This document shows positions 21,256 to 34,478 of a stretch of 64,000 nt of DNA, piece by piece; position 1 is the stretch's first letter; every line of letters begins with the position of its first letter. Under the pieces are notes generated by a model. The model was not told the DNA's origin. It ran no database searches and saw nothing but the letters and a program-made list of their open reading frames with translations. Source of the stretch: Callorhinchus milii. Taxonomy: Eukaryota. The stretch is from the NCBI RefSeq assembly GCF_018977255.1, contig NW_024704742.1:52454001-52518000 (forward strand), read 5' to 3'. The position numbers were made by a program, and so were the translations under genes.

Positions 21256-22399
21256 TGGCAGAAATAAACACTACACAGAAATAAACAATGTCTGTGGTGG
21301 TGAAATGATAGTTTATGCCCCCAAAACGAGTATCGCTTTACAGACACCGGTTGAGAATGTAAGAGGGTTTTAATTTGCAGACCAGAGCAAAACTTTTCAG
21401 GGCTGTGGTAAGAACAGGCAATTTAGCTGCTTCCGTCGATGCGAAAAAATAATAATTGCATATAAGCACGAAAATAAATATTGTTTTGCATAATGTCACA
21501 ATTCCCTCCTGTTTTAAAGTGTGCGTTCTTCAAAGCGCTAAGATGCTTAAAGAAGGTGCCTTGTATCTGGGGAAATTCTGCAGCGCAGTAGTTGACACCT
21601 AATTTATTTGTAAATTCGTAGTAAACCGTGATTTTACCTCTCCTAAACTCTGTTTCATTCACCGATTTCACTGCCCCCCCCATCAGACATCCTGCAGTGA
21701 AGCTCAGTCGCACACAGCAGAATGTTAAATAACGTTACGTTCATTTCTAATGGGAACGAGCGACAGAAAGATGCAGGTTGTTGAGTTTTGCTTTGCAAAG
21801 CCATCTCTGATGTGCTAATGCCCCGAGATAACACTGCGATTCCAAGATCAAAATGCGACAGCAAAAATTGAATAAAAACATTTTCGCAAAAGTCGTGCAA
21901 AATTTCGATACCATTTTAAATCGTTTCTCCACCGAAACACACTGATACAATTCGAAAATAGAAGCGAGTTAAGGACCTCCTGACCATCCCATACAAAATA
22001 AATTGGCAATGCACGATTTATTTGTTGGCTGTTTGCTTTGCGCATTGTTCCCCTACAACGTGTACAGTCACTGCATAAATCCTGTTAAGCATTTTGCGAT
22101 TATCAAATGTAAAGATTTTATTTATTATTTTTATTTTGTGTCAATCATTCTTGACTTCCCTTACTTTTTGATCTAAGACATATTTATGTGGGCGATACGA
22201 ATAACAAAGCAGGTGAGTTTTTAAACAGAGTAGTAATACTGCATTTATTTAAACCTGGATTAAATCACACATTTTTTTTAGGTTTCTGACAGCTCCAAAA
22301 AGTTCTACGCTTCTTGAGTCATATTTTTGTATTTGTGCAGTTAATTTCACATATAATGGATTTCTCAAAGCACTTGATAGGTATAATACTGAGACCAAG

Positions 22400-22598
22400 C
22401 AGGGAAATACGTTAGTCCAGGAAGTTGTCCAAAGGCAGAATTGAAGAGATATATTTTTAAGAAAGGAAACAAGGCAAATAGTTTATGGGAGAGAGCGGGG
22501 GAGTGGGATTGAATTGGATAACTCTTTTCAAAGAGTCGGCACAGAGACGATGAGCCAAATGGCCTCCTTTTGTGCTGTATAATTCTATGATTCTATGA
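22400..22598 (+). mobile_element. CR1-type 3' end
   Basis: Near-identical to 56705-56880; (attctatg)n tail; reverse copy at ~11020-11175. Confidence 0.8.
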
Positions 22599-22616
22599 GG
22601 ACAAGAGTTAAGTCTG

Positions 22617-22946
22617 AATAATAATAATAATAATCCTTGCATTTGATATAGCGCTTTTCACATCTTTTAGACGTCCCAAAGTGCTTCACAGAATATACTG
22701 TAAAGTGAATTGACTGTATATTTGTGGGCGAACGCGGCAGCCAATTGTGCACAGCAGTGTCCCACAAACAGTCATGGATTGAAAATGACCAATTTATTAT
22801 TGTATTTGTTTTTGTGGAGGGATTATTATTAGGCGTGTGGAGTAAGGAAACTTGCCCAAGGTTTCGCCCTGACCTGCCTGGAATTGAACTCAGGTCTCTC
22901 GCTTGCAAAGCGAGTGCTCTAACCACTGAGCTACAGGACTCCACAA
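22617..22946 (-). mobile_element. tRNA-derived SINE, short subfamily, full length
   Basis: Reverse complement of the 5617-5944 family. Confidence 0.92.
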
Positions 22947-22976
22947 AAAAGGCTGATCATGGGAAGAGGATGGGAA

Positions 22977-23129
22977 GATTGATTGACAACCGGGTTCCTA
23001 CTTATTCCTAGGTAAACAGAAGCGTGTGGAGTAAGGAAACTTGCCCAAGGTTTCGCCCTGCTGGGAATCGAACCCAGGTCTTCCGCTTGCAAGGCAAGTG
23101 TTCTAACCATGAGCTACAGGACTCCACAA
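22977..23129 (-). mobile_element. tRNA-derived SINE, long subfamily, 5' half only
   Basis: Head plus the ctgtttacc...aggaacc segment; no tail. Confidence 0.85.
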
Positions 23130-24239
23130 CTCCAACCAACTTCTCAATACATGAGTACTGGAACTGCAGAGGTCAGAAGCAGGGGAATATTGCTGCATAG
23201 GAGTGACTGTGAAGGGATTTGAAAGTCAGGGCAAGAATCTCAAAGTGAATTGCTGAAGTACTGGAAGCTTTGAGCTCACCAATTGAGGGGGAAAAAAACT
23301 CAAGCTGAAGTCAGGGAGGCTGGCAAGGAGAGCATTGCAAAAACTGATAATTCGTGTTATGAAAAAAGGCATTGGTTGTCTCAAAACTGACAAATAACTG
23401 TCTGTTTTGCTAATCCTACAGAATGCTAACGCAGCATTTATTTCAAGCATCACCGCCTTTTGCATTGTCCATGCACACAGACCCAAATAAGTGCCAGCGA
23501 AACTGCTTTGTGGGAAATGAGTTGGCTCTCAGCATTCACTTCCCAACTCTAAGTGCACATTGTGTGAACTCTCAAACTCGAATATAATCAATGTAAATGA
23601 AGAACTTGTAATTGTGATAGTATCTATATCATTAAAACATCTCAAAGCACTTCACAGTAATTACTGTGATGTTTAGCCCCACAAACAGCTATGAGGTAAA
23701 TGATCAATTCATCTGGAAGATTGTTGACCAGGACATTGGTGAAATGTTCTCTTCTATTCTCAACTTGTGCCATGGTATCTTTAAAATCCACCTGAGAAAC
23801 AGGCAGGCAACATAGATTAGGTTTCAGGTAGCTCTGAGTTTAGGTGCATTTGGTCAGTTAGTATTCTAAAAGAATACCGGATTCAATAAGTTAACATGTA
23901 AATCCAAATTTCTTTAATAACACTACACCTGCTATTTGTTTACCAGAGATGGTAACTTGTTTTCCCCTGTAGCTCATGTTCCCTTATTCCAATCAATGAC
24001 ATCTCAACTAACTACAGCCAATACTGTGTTGATATCTGTCTGAGATGCTGTGTACTTAGAACCATTTAAATAGTTTTTGATCCAAAGTAACAACTCGCTT
24101 ATTTTCCATTTTTCTCCGAGTCTACTTTTCATATTAAAAAAGGGAGAAATTCAAATGAAAGAAATTACACAAAAACACAGTGAAAACTGTGCTTTATTTC
24201 ATAACTCAATACGTTAGATCAAAGAAATGTCTTATAGCA

Positions 24240-24929
24240 CAATAATAATAATAATCCTTGCAATTGATATAGAGATTTATCATGTCTTCGAAACATCTCA
24301 AAGCGCTGCACTAAATATACTGTGAAGTGAATTGACTTATATTTTGTGGGCAAATCTCAGCAGCCTATCGCGCTCAGCAGTGTCCCACAAACAGTCGTGA
24401 CCAATTTACTATTGTTATTTTTTGAAGGAATTATTACCCCCAGAAAAGCGATCCGCCAATCGACTAACAACCAGGTTCTACTTATTCCTTGGTAAACAGA
24501 GGCGTGTGGAGTAAGGAAACTTACCCAACATTCCTCCTTGCCGGGAATTGTGGAGTCCTGTAGCTCCGTTTTTAGAGCACTCGCTCTGCAAGTGAGAGAC
24601 CAATTCCAGACAGGGTGAAACCTTGGGCAAGTTTCCTTACTCCACACAGAGCCTAATAATAATCCCTCCAAAACAAAACAATAATAAATTGGTCATTTTC
24701 AATCTACGACTGTTTGTGGGACACTGCTGTGCGCAATTGGCTGCCGCGTTCGCCCACAAATATACGGTCAATTCACTTTACAGTGTGTTCTGTGAAGCGC
24801 TTTGGGACGTCTAGAAGACGTGAAAAGCGCTATATCAAATGCAAGGATTATTATTACTATTATTAATCGAACTGCGGTCTCTCACTTGCAAGGCAAGTGC
24901 TCTAACCACTGAGCTGCAGGACTCCACAA
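24240..24929 (-). mobile_element. Long-subfamily SINE interrupted by a nested plus-strand SINE
   Basis: Tail and body at 24240-24548; head resumes at ~24864-24929. Confidence 0.85.
24548..24863 (+). mobile_element. Short-subfamily SINE nested in the B-box region of an older SINE
   Basis: Full head-to-tail copy; aat on both sides. Confidence 0.9.
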
Positions 24930-27900
24930 CTCCAACCAACTTCTCAATGCTCACAAGAGTTATTTTAATGCATGCTGACTGCGGGGTGTAACCACCGACA
25001 GATTGTTTTACTAAAGTGTTTGACTTTAACCACATTGAGTGCAAAGGCCGATCCGACAAGAGAGCGATGTGAATTTGGAGCGATGGGGAGTGAGGATTTC
25101 TAAATGAATCCACATGGCTCATCTGTTGGAGCGCTTCCAAACCGAGCAGAGCCTCGCTCTTCACAGTGGGAAGGACATCCATGGCTGTCAGAAACTGTGC
25201 AAATACAGGACTCTCCACACACATATATATAGATATTATATATATACTTCAGGGATAAGATAATCAATGATGATGGTGTGATTTTATGCAAAGGCGAGAA
25301 TGTGCTTTATTACTAATGCACAGATCCCACTGATCAGATCACACGGGTGAACTGATTTTAACAAACTGTGCAGGTCGGAAACCTGTTGCACAATTTGCTT
25401 AAAACCAGATTCCTTGTTACCTTTGGTCAAAAAGCACAGACACGAACCAAGAGTGCAGAGTGCGGAAATCAGAAGGTGGCAGGTTCTCCCCGTTTGGACG
25501 CTGCTGTTTATATATATATACACAATGCGGTGATTTCACGCTGCTATAAATGCAACAAACCTTTGCACGAACACTACAAAAGATGGCTTCAAAGTAACTT
25601 TCCACACGATAAAGGAGAGGACTTCCTGCCCGAGTGATGTGGCTGATGTCCTGCAGTCACGCCTGTCTGACGAAGGCTGTCGGTTTCTGTCACGATTCCA
25701 GCACTGTGCAGCGAGTCACTCTCTCTGTGTCTCTATCTCTCTCTCTGCCGGAGAAGCAGAGGGGGCAACTCTGCACACACTCACATGTGCAGGCTCTTTC
25801 CTGGCTCTTATCAACGTTAAAAAAATAAACTTTCAGTTCATCTGAAGGCCAAGGTGGCAGCAGCATGATAGACTAAGTATGTGCACTATCTCACAGTGAA
25901 TTCAGGTGTCTCAGCAATAGAGACCTGGGGGCCCCTCGGCTATGTTTGGGGGCCTTTGTACTATGCACACAAAATGTGCAACAATACCATTTTTTTTGTA
26001 CATTACATACACATGTTGCTATTTAATATGGTATTTAATTTGAATCTATTTAAAGGTACTTATAAATGAACACGACAAGACATTTTAAGAGTATGTAAAG
26101 TTGCAAAGGACCTGATAAAACTGGATAAACAGCTGTTTTTAACTGCCGTTTCCAAGACAAAATGTTACAAGAACACCATTTCCATGTGCTTTTCCCAATT
26201 GCGATTATCATTTTCAGATAGTTGGTTCCGATGGCTCAGACCTGGTCTTACTGTTTTACAGTTTTACTACTGTTTTACAAATATGTTATCATCTTAGTTT
26301 TAGGTGATCTAATGATATATGCATGGCTAATATTTCAATGAAAATCCATATCCGAGGCCCTCAGCCATTGGGTCCTAAATTGGTTTATTGGTTATAATAA
26401 TGAATAATAATCCTTACTTTTGATATAGCTCCTTATCAAATCTTTGAGTCGTCTCAAGGCTTGGGGAACTCAGAGTATGGGTTTTGATACTGCTGGCAGT
26501 TAACCAGCTAAAAAATTATTGCCATTGAGAGCACTGTCTGGCAATTTTCCCACTGTCTGTCCAGTTAGGGTCACACTATCCATTATGTTTAGTCTTGCAG
26601 GGTTCACAAGAGCTGAGTGGGAAGAATATCTGCTTCACCTCCAAGTCTTGCCAATGAGTCTGACTGGCTTGTGTGTCATCAACTGTGCCCTGGAGTACTG
26701 TGGACTCACCTGGCTCAGGAACCAGACTGCCGAGTCCACCACATAGGATCGACTCGATTCCGACATTCTGTTACAAAGGATGTGACCTTGGAGTCAGCTC
26801 AGCTCTTTACTTATCTTCTCCAATGGGAATAGTTGGTCATTTGACATCCAACAAGTAAAGGTTTGAGCATTCATTAGGTGGATAGCAGGTACCAGGAACT
26901 CTGTGAGCTTCCTGGTGGGCAGTAAAGTTCAGCATACATACAGCTCAGGTTCACTCCCTACAACAACTTGCATTTATAACTTCACTTGGGGTAGTGTCTC
27001 AGACAGTATCCCTATCTCTACACCAGCAAAACAGTTTGCTTTAGATCAAAAGGTAATGTTTACAACTATACAGCTATATTGCAGATTGAATCAGTCATTG
27101 GACTCATGGTGGCAATGTATGAGTTTGGTTATAGCTTGTTTTATTGCGGCTGTGATTTGCCAAACTATCAGATTATTTCCAAACTCTGATAATGGAAAAG
27201 CTAGTGTAGAAGCAGTCACTTTCTCGCTTTGAAAGGAAAGTGTGGCATAAATTTCTTAAAGTAATGGTTCCCTACAGATTATTAAGCATTATGGGAAAGT
27301 ATCTGATACTCGAAGAAAAAGTGTTAGGAATGCCCTAAGCTCTACCATGAACAATGCTGTTTTCATTAGTCTTCAGTTTTGTTTCTGTTGTTTTTGGATT
27401 GTGATATGGATGACAATTGTAGTGAATTTAAAAAAACTGATAAAAACAACCAGCAATAGAATAAATGCACCTTTAAATAGTTGTGTCCCGGTGTTTGATA
27501 TTGATGCTTGGGTTACATCCTCCAGAGCCTGAGATGCCATTCTGGGTCGCTGATTCTGAGTATTGCATGGCATGCTGCTTAAGTGAGCTTGCTTCAGTAC
27601 ATTTGGTGGTCTGTTTGAAATTTGCCATATCGTTACACTGTGTTATGTTTTCTTAGCAAGTTTTTGAATAAATTTCTCGAAAAACTACAAACTGTTGTCA
27701 ATTACAGCAGCAGTAGTGATTTGTAAATTGGGAGATATATAAATCATGCTATAGAAGAGAATTAACCAATAACAACAAATTTCATTTATATAACAACAAA
27801 TTGCATTTCTATAGCACCTTTCATGTCCAGAGGTTATCACAAGGTGCTGAAATAATCCACATCATGAAAAATTATGTGGGGTTGAAATATTACCAACAGA

Positions 27901-28462
27901 AGTCTCGTAAAGGAGAATCCTACCAGGATTTTTCTGTGATTAAAAAAGATTGAGGGAAGAAAACAATGAGAAAGTGAGAAAAGTTTGTGTTATTGTTTCC
28001 AACAGAAATCTTTGTTCTGATGATGCTGGCTGTTTCATATAATCCCTTTGCTGTTTCAAACAAGAAGAGAAATATGTTCTAAGTGTGGATCCCTGACTGT
28101 CCAGCACCTTGGGCCATCCTCTTGATGTGACGGGCGCTATACAAATATAATTTGTTGTCGTTATTGTAAGCATTGGTGAAAGACTCCTGTATAGTGAGTT
28201 TTGTGCTCGGAAACTAAATAAAACTGTGAAATGACTCACAGAATTTTTTCCATTTATCTGAGCTCTTTGTTACACTGTCATCTTAATTTTTATGTAATTT
28301 CAAAAAGTTAAATACTAATTTAACTTAAAAAGTTAATATGGTCAGAAAAATTGTTAATACAATACAAACTTAGATTTATATACAGTAGTCCCTTTCATGT
28401 CACGAGGATGTCTCAAGGCATAATAATGTTTAAACAGAATATATTCTTGCCTGTAAATTGAT

Positions 28463-28851
28463 GATAATAATAATCCTTGCATTTGATATAGCGCCTTATC
28501 ACGTCTTCGAAAGTGCTTCACAAAATATACTTTAAAGTGAATTAACTGTATATTTTGTGGGAGAAACACGGCAGCCAATTGCGCAAGGCAGTATCCTATA
28601 ACAGTCGTGGATTGCGTGATCAAATTCTTATTTTTTTTATTTTTATTTATCTTGATTTGTTTGAACGGATTATTACCCCCGGAAAAGCAATCCACCAATC
28701 GACTAACAACCAGGTTCCTACCTACTGCTGGGTAAGCAGAAGCATGTGGAGTAAGGAAACATGCCCAATGTTTCGCCCTGCCTGGGAATCAAACCCAGGT
28801 CCTCTTGCTTGAAGGTGAGTGCTCTAACCATTTAGCTACAAGACTCCACAA
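28463..28851 (-). mobile_element. tRNA-derived SINE, long subfamily, full length
   Basis: Head, extra internal segment, Deu-like domain and tail all present. Confidence 0.9.
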
Positions 28852-29763
28852 TACAACTAAAACTAATACTGTGCTATGTTGAAGATTACAAGATAATCAT
28901 CAATTACGTGCAGCTCAATAGCATAAGCAGCCGAGAAGGAGAGATGATTTACTCCTCCACATAACAAACTATATAAATGCTTCCTTGAAGAAGGAATGAA
29001 ATAATTAAATCTGTAATTTTCACCTTGATACTTAAAAAAAGCTTGGATAAAACAAAAATTAAGTTAAGTTTCAGATCTTGTACAAGAAATACAGTCATGT
29101 TAAATATCAAACAATGTCAACATTTTAAGGAGTGGCCCTTAATTCAACTGTAATTGGAGGGCTGTAATTAAAGGAATTCTAGCTGCTCAATTGCATTTAC
29201 TAATATAGTGTATAATTTGCATTCATTACCTGATAAGGAAAGAGGATTCACTGGCAGTGAGTTCTCTATTCCTTTTGGTGTGCATAAGCCCTAACACTGG
29301 TCAACGCTGGTCAAGGATTAGTTATAGAAAGTGCAGAAAGTGAAATTAGCATTTTATGGCATAGAGATTGAAGATATAGTAGAAATATATGCAATTTATG
29401 TAGTGGACATAGAAAGCTGTATCCAAAAAATGTATTATTTATAGGTTTTTTTTGGTCAGCCAGATGTCTGACATATGGAAACCCATCACTGTAGTGAATA
29501 TTCACCTGTTTTGTTAAATATATGAAATCCAACCTCTCCATCCTCTTAACAACCTGTTTCATTTCTCTTAAAAATTCTCCATCACCAACACAAAATTTGG
29601 AAGCTGCAATTACAGTGCCTTTGAACTGGCAGCTCCATAATAACACTGCCCTGTGTTTAAAAGCCTGCAGACCCAGCTCTTCCTTTGACGGCATCCTGAC
29701 TCTTGTAATACTACAATAACACGTATGGACAGGACACAATTCTTAGACATATAACCATACACC

Positions 29764-30130
29764 TTTTCTCTCTCTCTCCCTTTCTCTCTTCCTCCGTCTC
29801 TCTCCCTCCCTTTTCGCTCCTTTCCCTCTCTATCCCTCCCTCCCTTTCTCTCACTTCCCCTCCCTCCCTCTCTCTCCCTTCCTCTCTCTTTCTCTCTCTC
29901 CCTTCCACTCTCTCTTCCCCCCACCCTTCCTCTCTCTCCCCCCCACCCTTCCACTCTCTCTTCCCCCCACCCTTCCTCTCTCTCCCCCCACCCTTCCTCT
30001 CTCTCCCCCCCACCCTTCCTCTCTCTCCCTCCCTCTCTTTCTCTCTCCCTTCATCTCTCTCCCTTCCACTTTCTCCCTCCTTTCCTCTCTCTCTCTCCCT
30101 CCCTCTCAAAATCCTATGCTCTCTCCCACT
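29764..30130. repeat. Polypyrimidine/polypurine low-complexity tract with ~21-23 bp tandem units (cccccacccttcc(a)ctctctct)
   Basis: Direct reading; almost purely C/T on the plus strand. Confidence 0.95.
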
Positions 30131-30147
30131 CACCTTTGCCCCCTACA

Positions 30148-30510
30148 TTGTGGAGTCCTGTAGCTCAGTGGTTAGAGCACTTGCCTTGTAAGAGATTGGA
30201 CCTGGGTTTGATTCTGGGGCGGGACAGGGTGAAACCTTAGGCAGGTTTCCTTACTCCATACATACACACGCCTCTGTTTACCGAGCAGTAAGTAGGAAAC
30301 CGCTTGTTAGTCAATTGGTGGATTGCATTCTGGGGATAACAATCCCTTCAAAATAATAATAATGTGGTCCACAATTGTTTGCAGGACACTGCTGTGCACA
30401 ATTGGCTGCTGCGTTTCACCCACAAAATACACAGTCATTACACTTTACAAAATATTCTGTGAAGGGTTTTGAGATGTCTCAACAAAGTGATAAGGCGCTA
30501 TATCAAATAC
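30148..30510 (+). mobile_element. tRNA-derived SINE, long subfamily
   Basis: ttgtggagtcctgtagctcagtgg head; gcctctgtttaccgagcagtaagtagg segment; decayed tail. Confidence 0.88.
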
Positions 30511-30949
30511 AGAATTTGGAATCAATTTCAAACAGAATAGATTTTGTCTTGTTCGTATGGTAACTATCAGAGACTGCAGCTCATTTTTATTGCTACCAGG
30601 ATGTTTCTGTTTTCTTCCCTGCATCCATGTTAAGGGTCCAAGACCCTAAGGAAGTAACTGGACAAGGGGGCAGGTTACCAGTGTTAGATGTGTTTCCAAC
30701 TATCTCCCAGTTTGTGATTCATAGAGTTCTTAATGTATTCATAAGAATTCATTGTGATTATTAAGAACCTTAGTTCCTTTATTGTAATGAAAAGTACCTT
30801 ACGAGTCACTTAAATCCTGATTAACTTATTGCACTTTTTCAGCAAGAATTTATTGTAAGTTGCTCCTTGACATTTTCCTACTGTACCATCAACTTGCTCA
30901 GTGGTCAATATGATATCTTTAGAAGATAACGTTTAAAATTTCAGGATTT

Positions 30950-31680
30950 CAAAATCCTCAGATGCATGTACAAATCACTTCATGTTCCAGAACCTCCTTC
31001 CGTCTCTCACCGGCTTAGATCCCATTGTTCTACCTGCCCCTTTGCTCAGCTGGCTCTGGACTTCTGCATGTCCTTCATCCTTTCCACTCCACCATTGGCG
31101 GCCGTGCTTTCAGCCATTATGCCTGAATTTCTGGAACTTTCTGCTTCAATCCCTCCACCTTGCGCCTTCTTGCCCATCTTCAGATCACACCTGAAGACCT
31201 TCCTCTTCGACCTTATGGTCACAGTCACCTCCCCTCTCTCCAGGTGGGTATCAAGCTCCATCAATGTTAAGTGCTTCAAGACAATACCCTACATGAAGGG
31301 CACTATATCAGTGCAACAACAACAACAAGATTACATTTGTATAGCCTTTTCATGTCGGGAGGACGTCCAAAGGCGCTGGACAGAGTACAGCATTTCAGAC
31401 CCAAGCTGGGGTCAGGGAGGGGAGAAGGGATGGGAGGGGAAGGGGGGTGGCCAATTGCATGGTCGAAGAGGAGGGTCTTGAGGCGGGACTTGAAGGAGGC
31501 CAAGGAGGGGGCGAGGCAGAGGTTTGGGTCAGAGTGGCTAAAAGCTCTCCCGCCAATGGTGGGGCGGGTGGGTTCAGGGGACGTGGAGCAGGCCAGAGCC
31601 AACTGAGCGGAGGGAACAGGCGGGTTTGTTGGGGGTTAGGAGGTCGCAGAGGTAGGGTGGGGCGAGGCCATAGAGGAATT
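30950..31680. mobile_element. Two L2 3' fragments joined tail-to-tail (plus 30950-31312, minus 31314-31680)
   Basis: FRSHLKTFLF on plus; GGRAFSHS...FKSRLKTLLF on minus. Confidence 0.82.
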
Positions 31681-32869
31681 TGTAGCAAGTTGTTGTTCTT
31701 TAAAAAGTGTTGTACAACATTTTGGCACGGATTTTTTGTCACATATGTCAAAACATTTTGTCACATATGTCTAGATGTGATAGGTATCAACTTGGTTCAG
31801 TTAATAGCACTCTTCTCTTGTTTGAATCATCAGGTGAGTTCAAGCCCTCCTGGGACTTTGAGCTCAAAATCTAGTCTGACTCTCCAATACAGTGCTGGAA
31901 GTGAGGGGCAATGTTGGAGGTACTATCCATTGGATGAGACGTTAACGAGGTCTTGTCAATTCACTTGACAGTATATTCTGTGAAGCTCATCGAGACGTCT
32001 TGAAGACATGATAAGCTGCTATAACAAATGCAAGGATTATTATTATTTTTAACTTAATGGGGCTAGAATGAGTGGAATGGCTTATAGTGAAATTAGATTA
32101 ATTGAATATTGGATAATTGAATAATTCCGTTTATTGAATAGAATTTACAGCTCCAGGAGATGAGTCTCCTCTTAAAGAAGTGATAGGTTGAAACAGTGAT
32201 TTCATGTGAGTAAATTAAAGTGATGGAGATTGGGGAAGGAGAATGATTGGAACTACAGCATAAAGCAGACTACAGGACACCACAAAAAAAAAGGAATATG
32301 TGGTAGTCATAGTTGGCTTGCTGAAACTATCATGTAGCTCAGGGTGTGATAATATTGAAGAAAACAAACAAGATTTTAGGATGTATAGCTAAAGGCGGTA
32401 AATCAAAGCCAAAGAAAGTAGCAACATCTAGAGTATTATGTGCAACAGTATAAATGGAAAATATACTGGAAGGAAACAAAATAGATTTAGGTTAAGTGTC
32501 TGAACTATAAAGAAAGGCTATGGAAATTGGGAATATTTACTACTGTATTATAACAATTCTTGCATTTGATAAAGCGCCTAATGATTGCAAATGACTGATG
32601 TAAGATTCACCATTCTACAGTTATCTGAGGATAGCATTGTCTCAACTGTAATGTTCCCCATAATTGAAACGCCTACTGATAATCACTGTTCAGCCTCACA
32701 TTTGAAGAATGGCCACCTGGATAAGATTTGTAGCTAAAGGCTGTAAGTCATAAGCCACCTGCTGCCCTTGCAGCCATACCCCAGCAAGAATAAGGATGCT
32801 GTGGAGAAAAGAGAAGAAACTTGGAGTGAATAAACATGATTTCCGGTGAGGCTGCTTAGTGTCCAGACT

Positions 32870-33265
32870 GGTTCAGTTGGTAGCACTCTTGGCTCAAAGA
32901 GTCAGAAGGTTGTGGTTTCAATATAGTTTATGATGACATTCCAGTGCAGTGCTGGAGGGCATGGGGGGGTGGGGGTTGCAATGTCAGAGATGCCATCATT
33001 TGGATGAGATCTCTGGAATTGTAGCTGAGGTCCTATTTGCCTGGTTAGGTGGAAGTAAAAAATCCCATGGCACTATTTGAAAAGTGAAGGGAGTTTCTCC
33101 CAGCATCCTGGCCAACAATCGCCCTCTGCAAACACAATTGGTCATGTAGGACAATGCTGCGTATAATTAGGCTGCCACATTCCCCGACACATACACAGTC
33201 ACGCCACTTCACAAAAAATCCTGTGAAGCACTTTCTGCTGTCCTCCTGACTTGAAAGGGGCACCA
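32870..33265 (+). mobile_element. Older DeuSINE (SacSINE1-like), decayed
   Basis: Same modules as 63376-63810. Confidence 0.75.
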
Positions 33266-34319
33266 TGTTGGATGAAAGAAAACATTGTTCTAATAGCTTA
33301 AACCCAACTTGGTAATAAAGTATCGAGGCAGGAAGTAATGAACTTAAAGTTGCTCCAGTAAAATTTTCAATGACCTTTGGCTGTTCTTTAGGCAAACGTT
33401 GTGGGTTTCTTGATTGCCTCAGGCTGTTTGGATTAGCTGCAGATTTCCATGTTTCTGCAATAAAATATTATGTTTTTGTAGAAACTTAGCAGTTTTGGTG
33501 GGGGGATTTCTCAGTACTTTGGACACCTGTAGTAATATACTCATGTTAGCTTCCAGCAGAAATGACATGCTAGAATTGAAACACATTCACACCGTCGACT
33601 GATGAAACTTTTAAAGTCAACCATTATGTTGATGTATTGCTATACATTGCGATTATAATGGAAGACTACTGAATCTGTAAACATGAAATGTGAATAGCAA
33701 CATTTCCTTGAAAGAGTAATGCCTGTTTTGGTAATATCTAACATTCTTCTTCCATGTCCCGAAACCCCAAGACTCAATCTTTAAAGTCAATAACCTTCTA
33801 GAGTCCAGGGTAATCCCTATAACCCTGGAAAGGAAGATATTAGACTAGTGTTGTAAGAGTTATAAAACTGTTTGGTTTTCCACTGTACTGAAAGCAAAAT
33901 TCAAGCACCCTGTCTGACCTGCTTGTACCTTACTCTACTAGCTGCCCACTTCTTTCAGATGACACAGGCCTGCTGTGCATCCCCCAGTCCCTCCACACCA
34001 TCATCGGTGGCCTTGCCTTCAGTGACTATACCACTAACCTCTTGAACTCCCTGCTACTATCCTTCCTCCTCACCCCCCCATTATCCATCTTTAAATTCTT
34101 CTTAAAGACTTACCTCTTCGACCATGCCTTTGGTTATCTCCCCCTCCTGACTTTATTGCTGTAGTTGTTGGAATGCACCAGATCACCAGAATTATTTAAA
34201 ACATTAGTAATATTCCAGAAATAGGTTTATTTATGTGTTTGATCTGAAGAAGTATTGAAAAAAAAGTCATGTTATGTTTGCGAACTAAAAGTCCAAGCTT
34301 AGTGCAAGGCTATGTGTGT

Positions 34320-34478
34320 ATAAGAACATAAGAACATAAGAATTAGGAGCAGGACTAGGCCATTCGGCCCCTCGAGCCTGCCCTGCCATTCAATGAGATC
34401 ATGGCTGATCTTCTGACCTAACTCTAATTACCTGCCATATCCCCATATCCCCTAATCCCTCTTTTTTAAAAAATCTAT
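34320..34478 (-). mobile_element. CR1-type 3' end (young-looking)
   Basis: ataagaacataagaacataagaa..ggagcagga...ggccattcggcccctcgagcctg. Confidence 0.8.

Noticed and set aside
20811..21347. 178-aa ORF with poly-Ile upstream of KDR
   Set aside because: Poly-Ile comes from the (ATA)n microsatellite; no homology or splice support
29610..30133. Arg/Glu/Gly-rich ORFs
   Set aside because: Translation of the purine-rich strand of a low-complexity tract
33598..33625. Other CTGATGA occurrences (33598, 17558) as hammerheads
   Set aside because: No GAAA core or helix I/III pairing in the correct register
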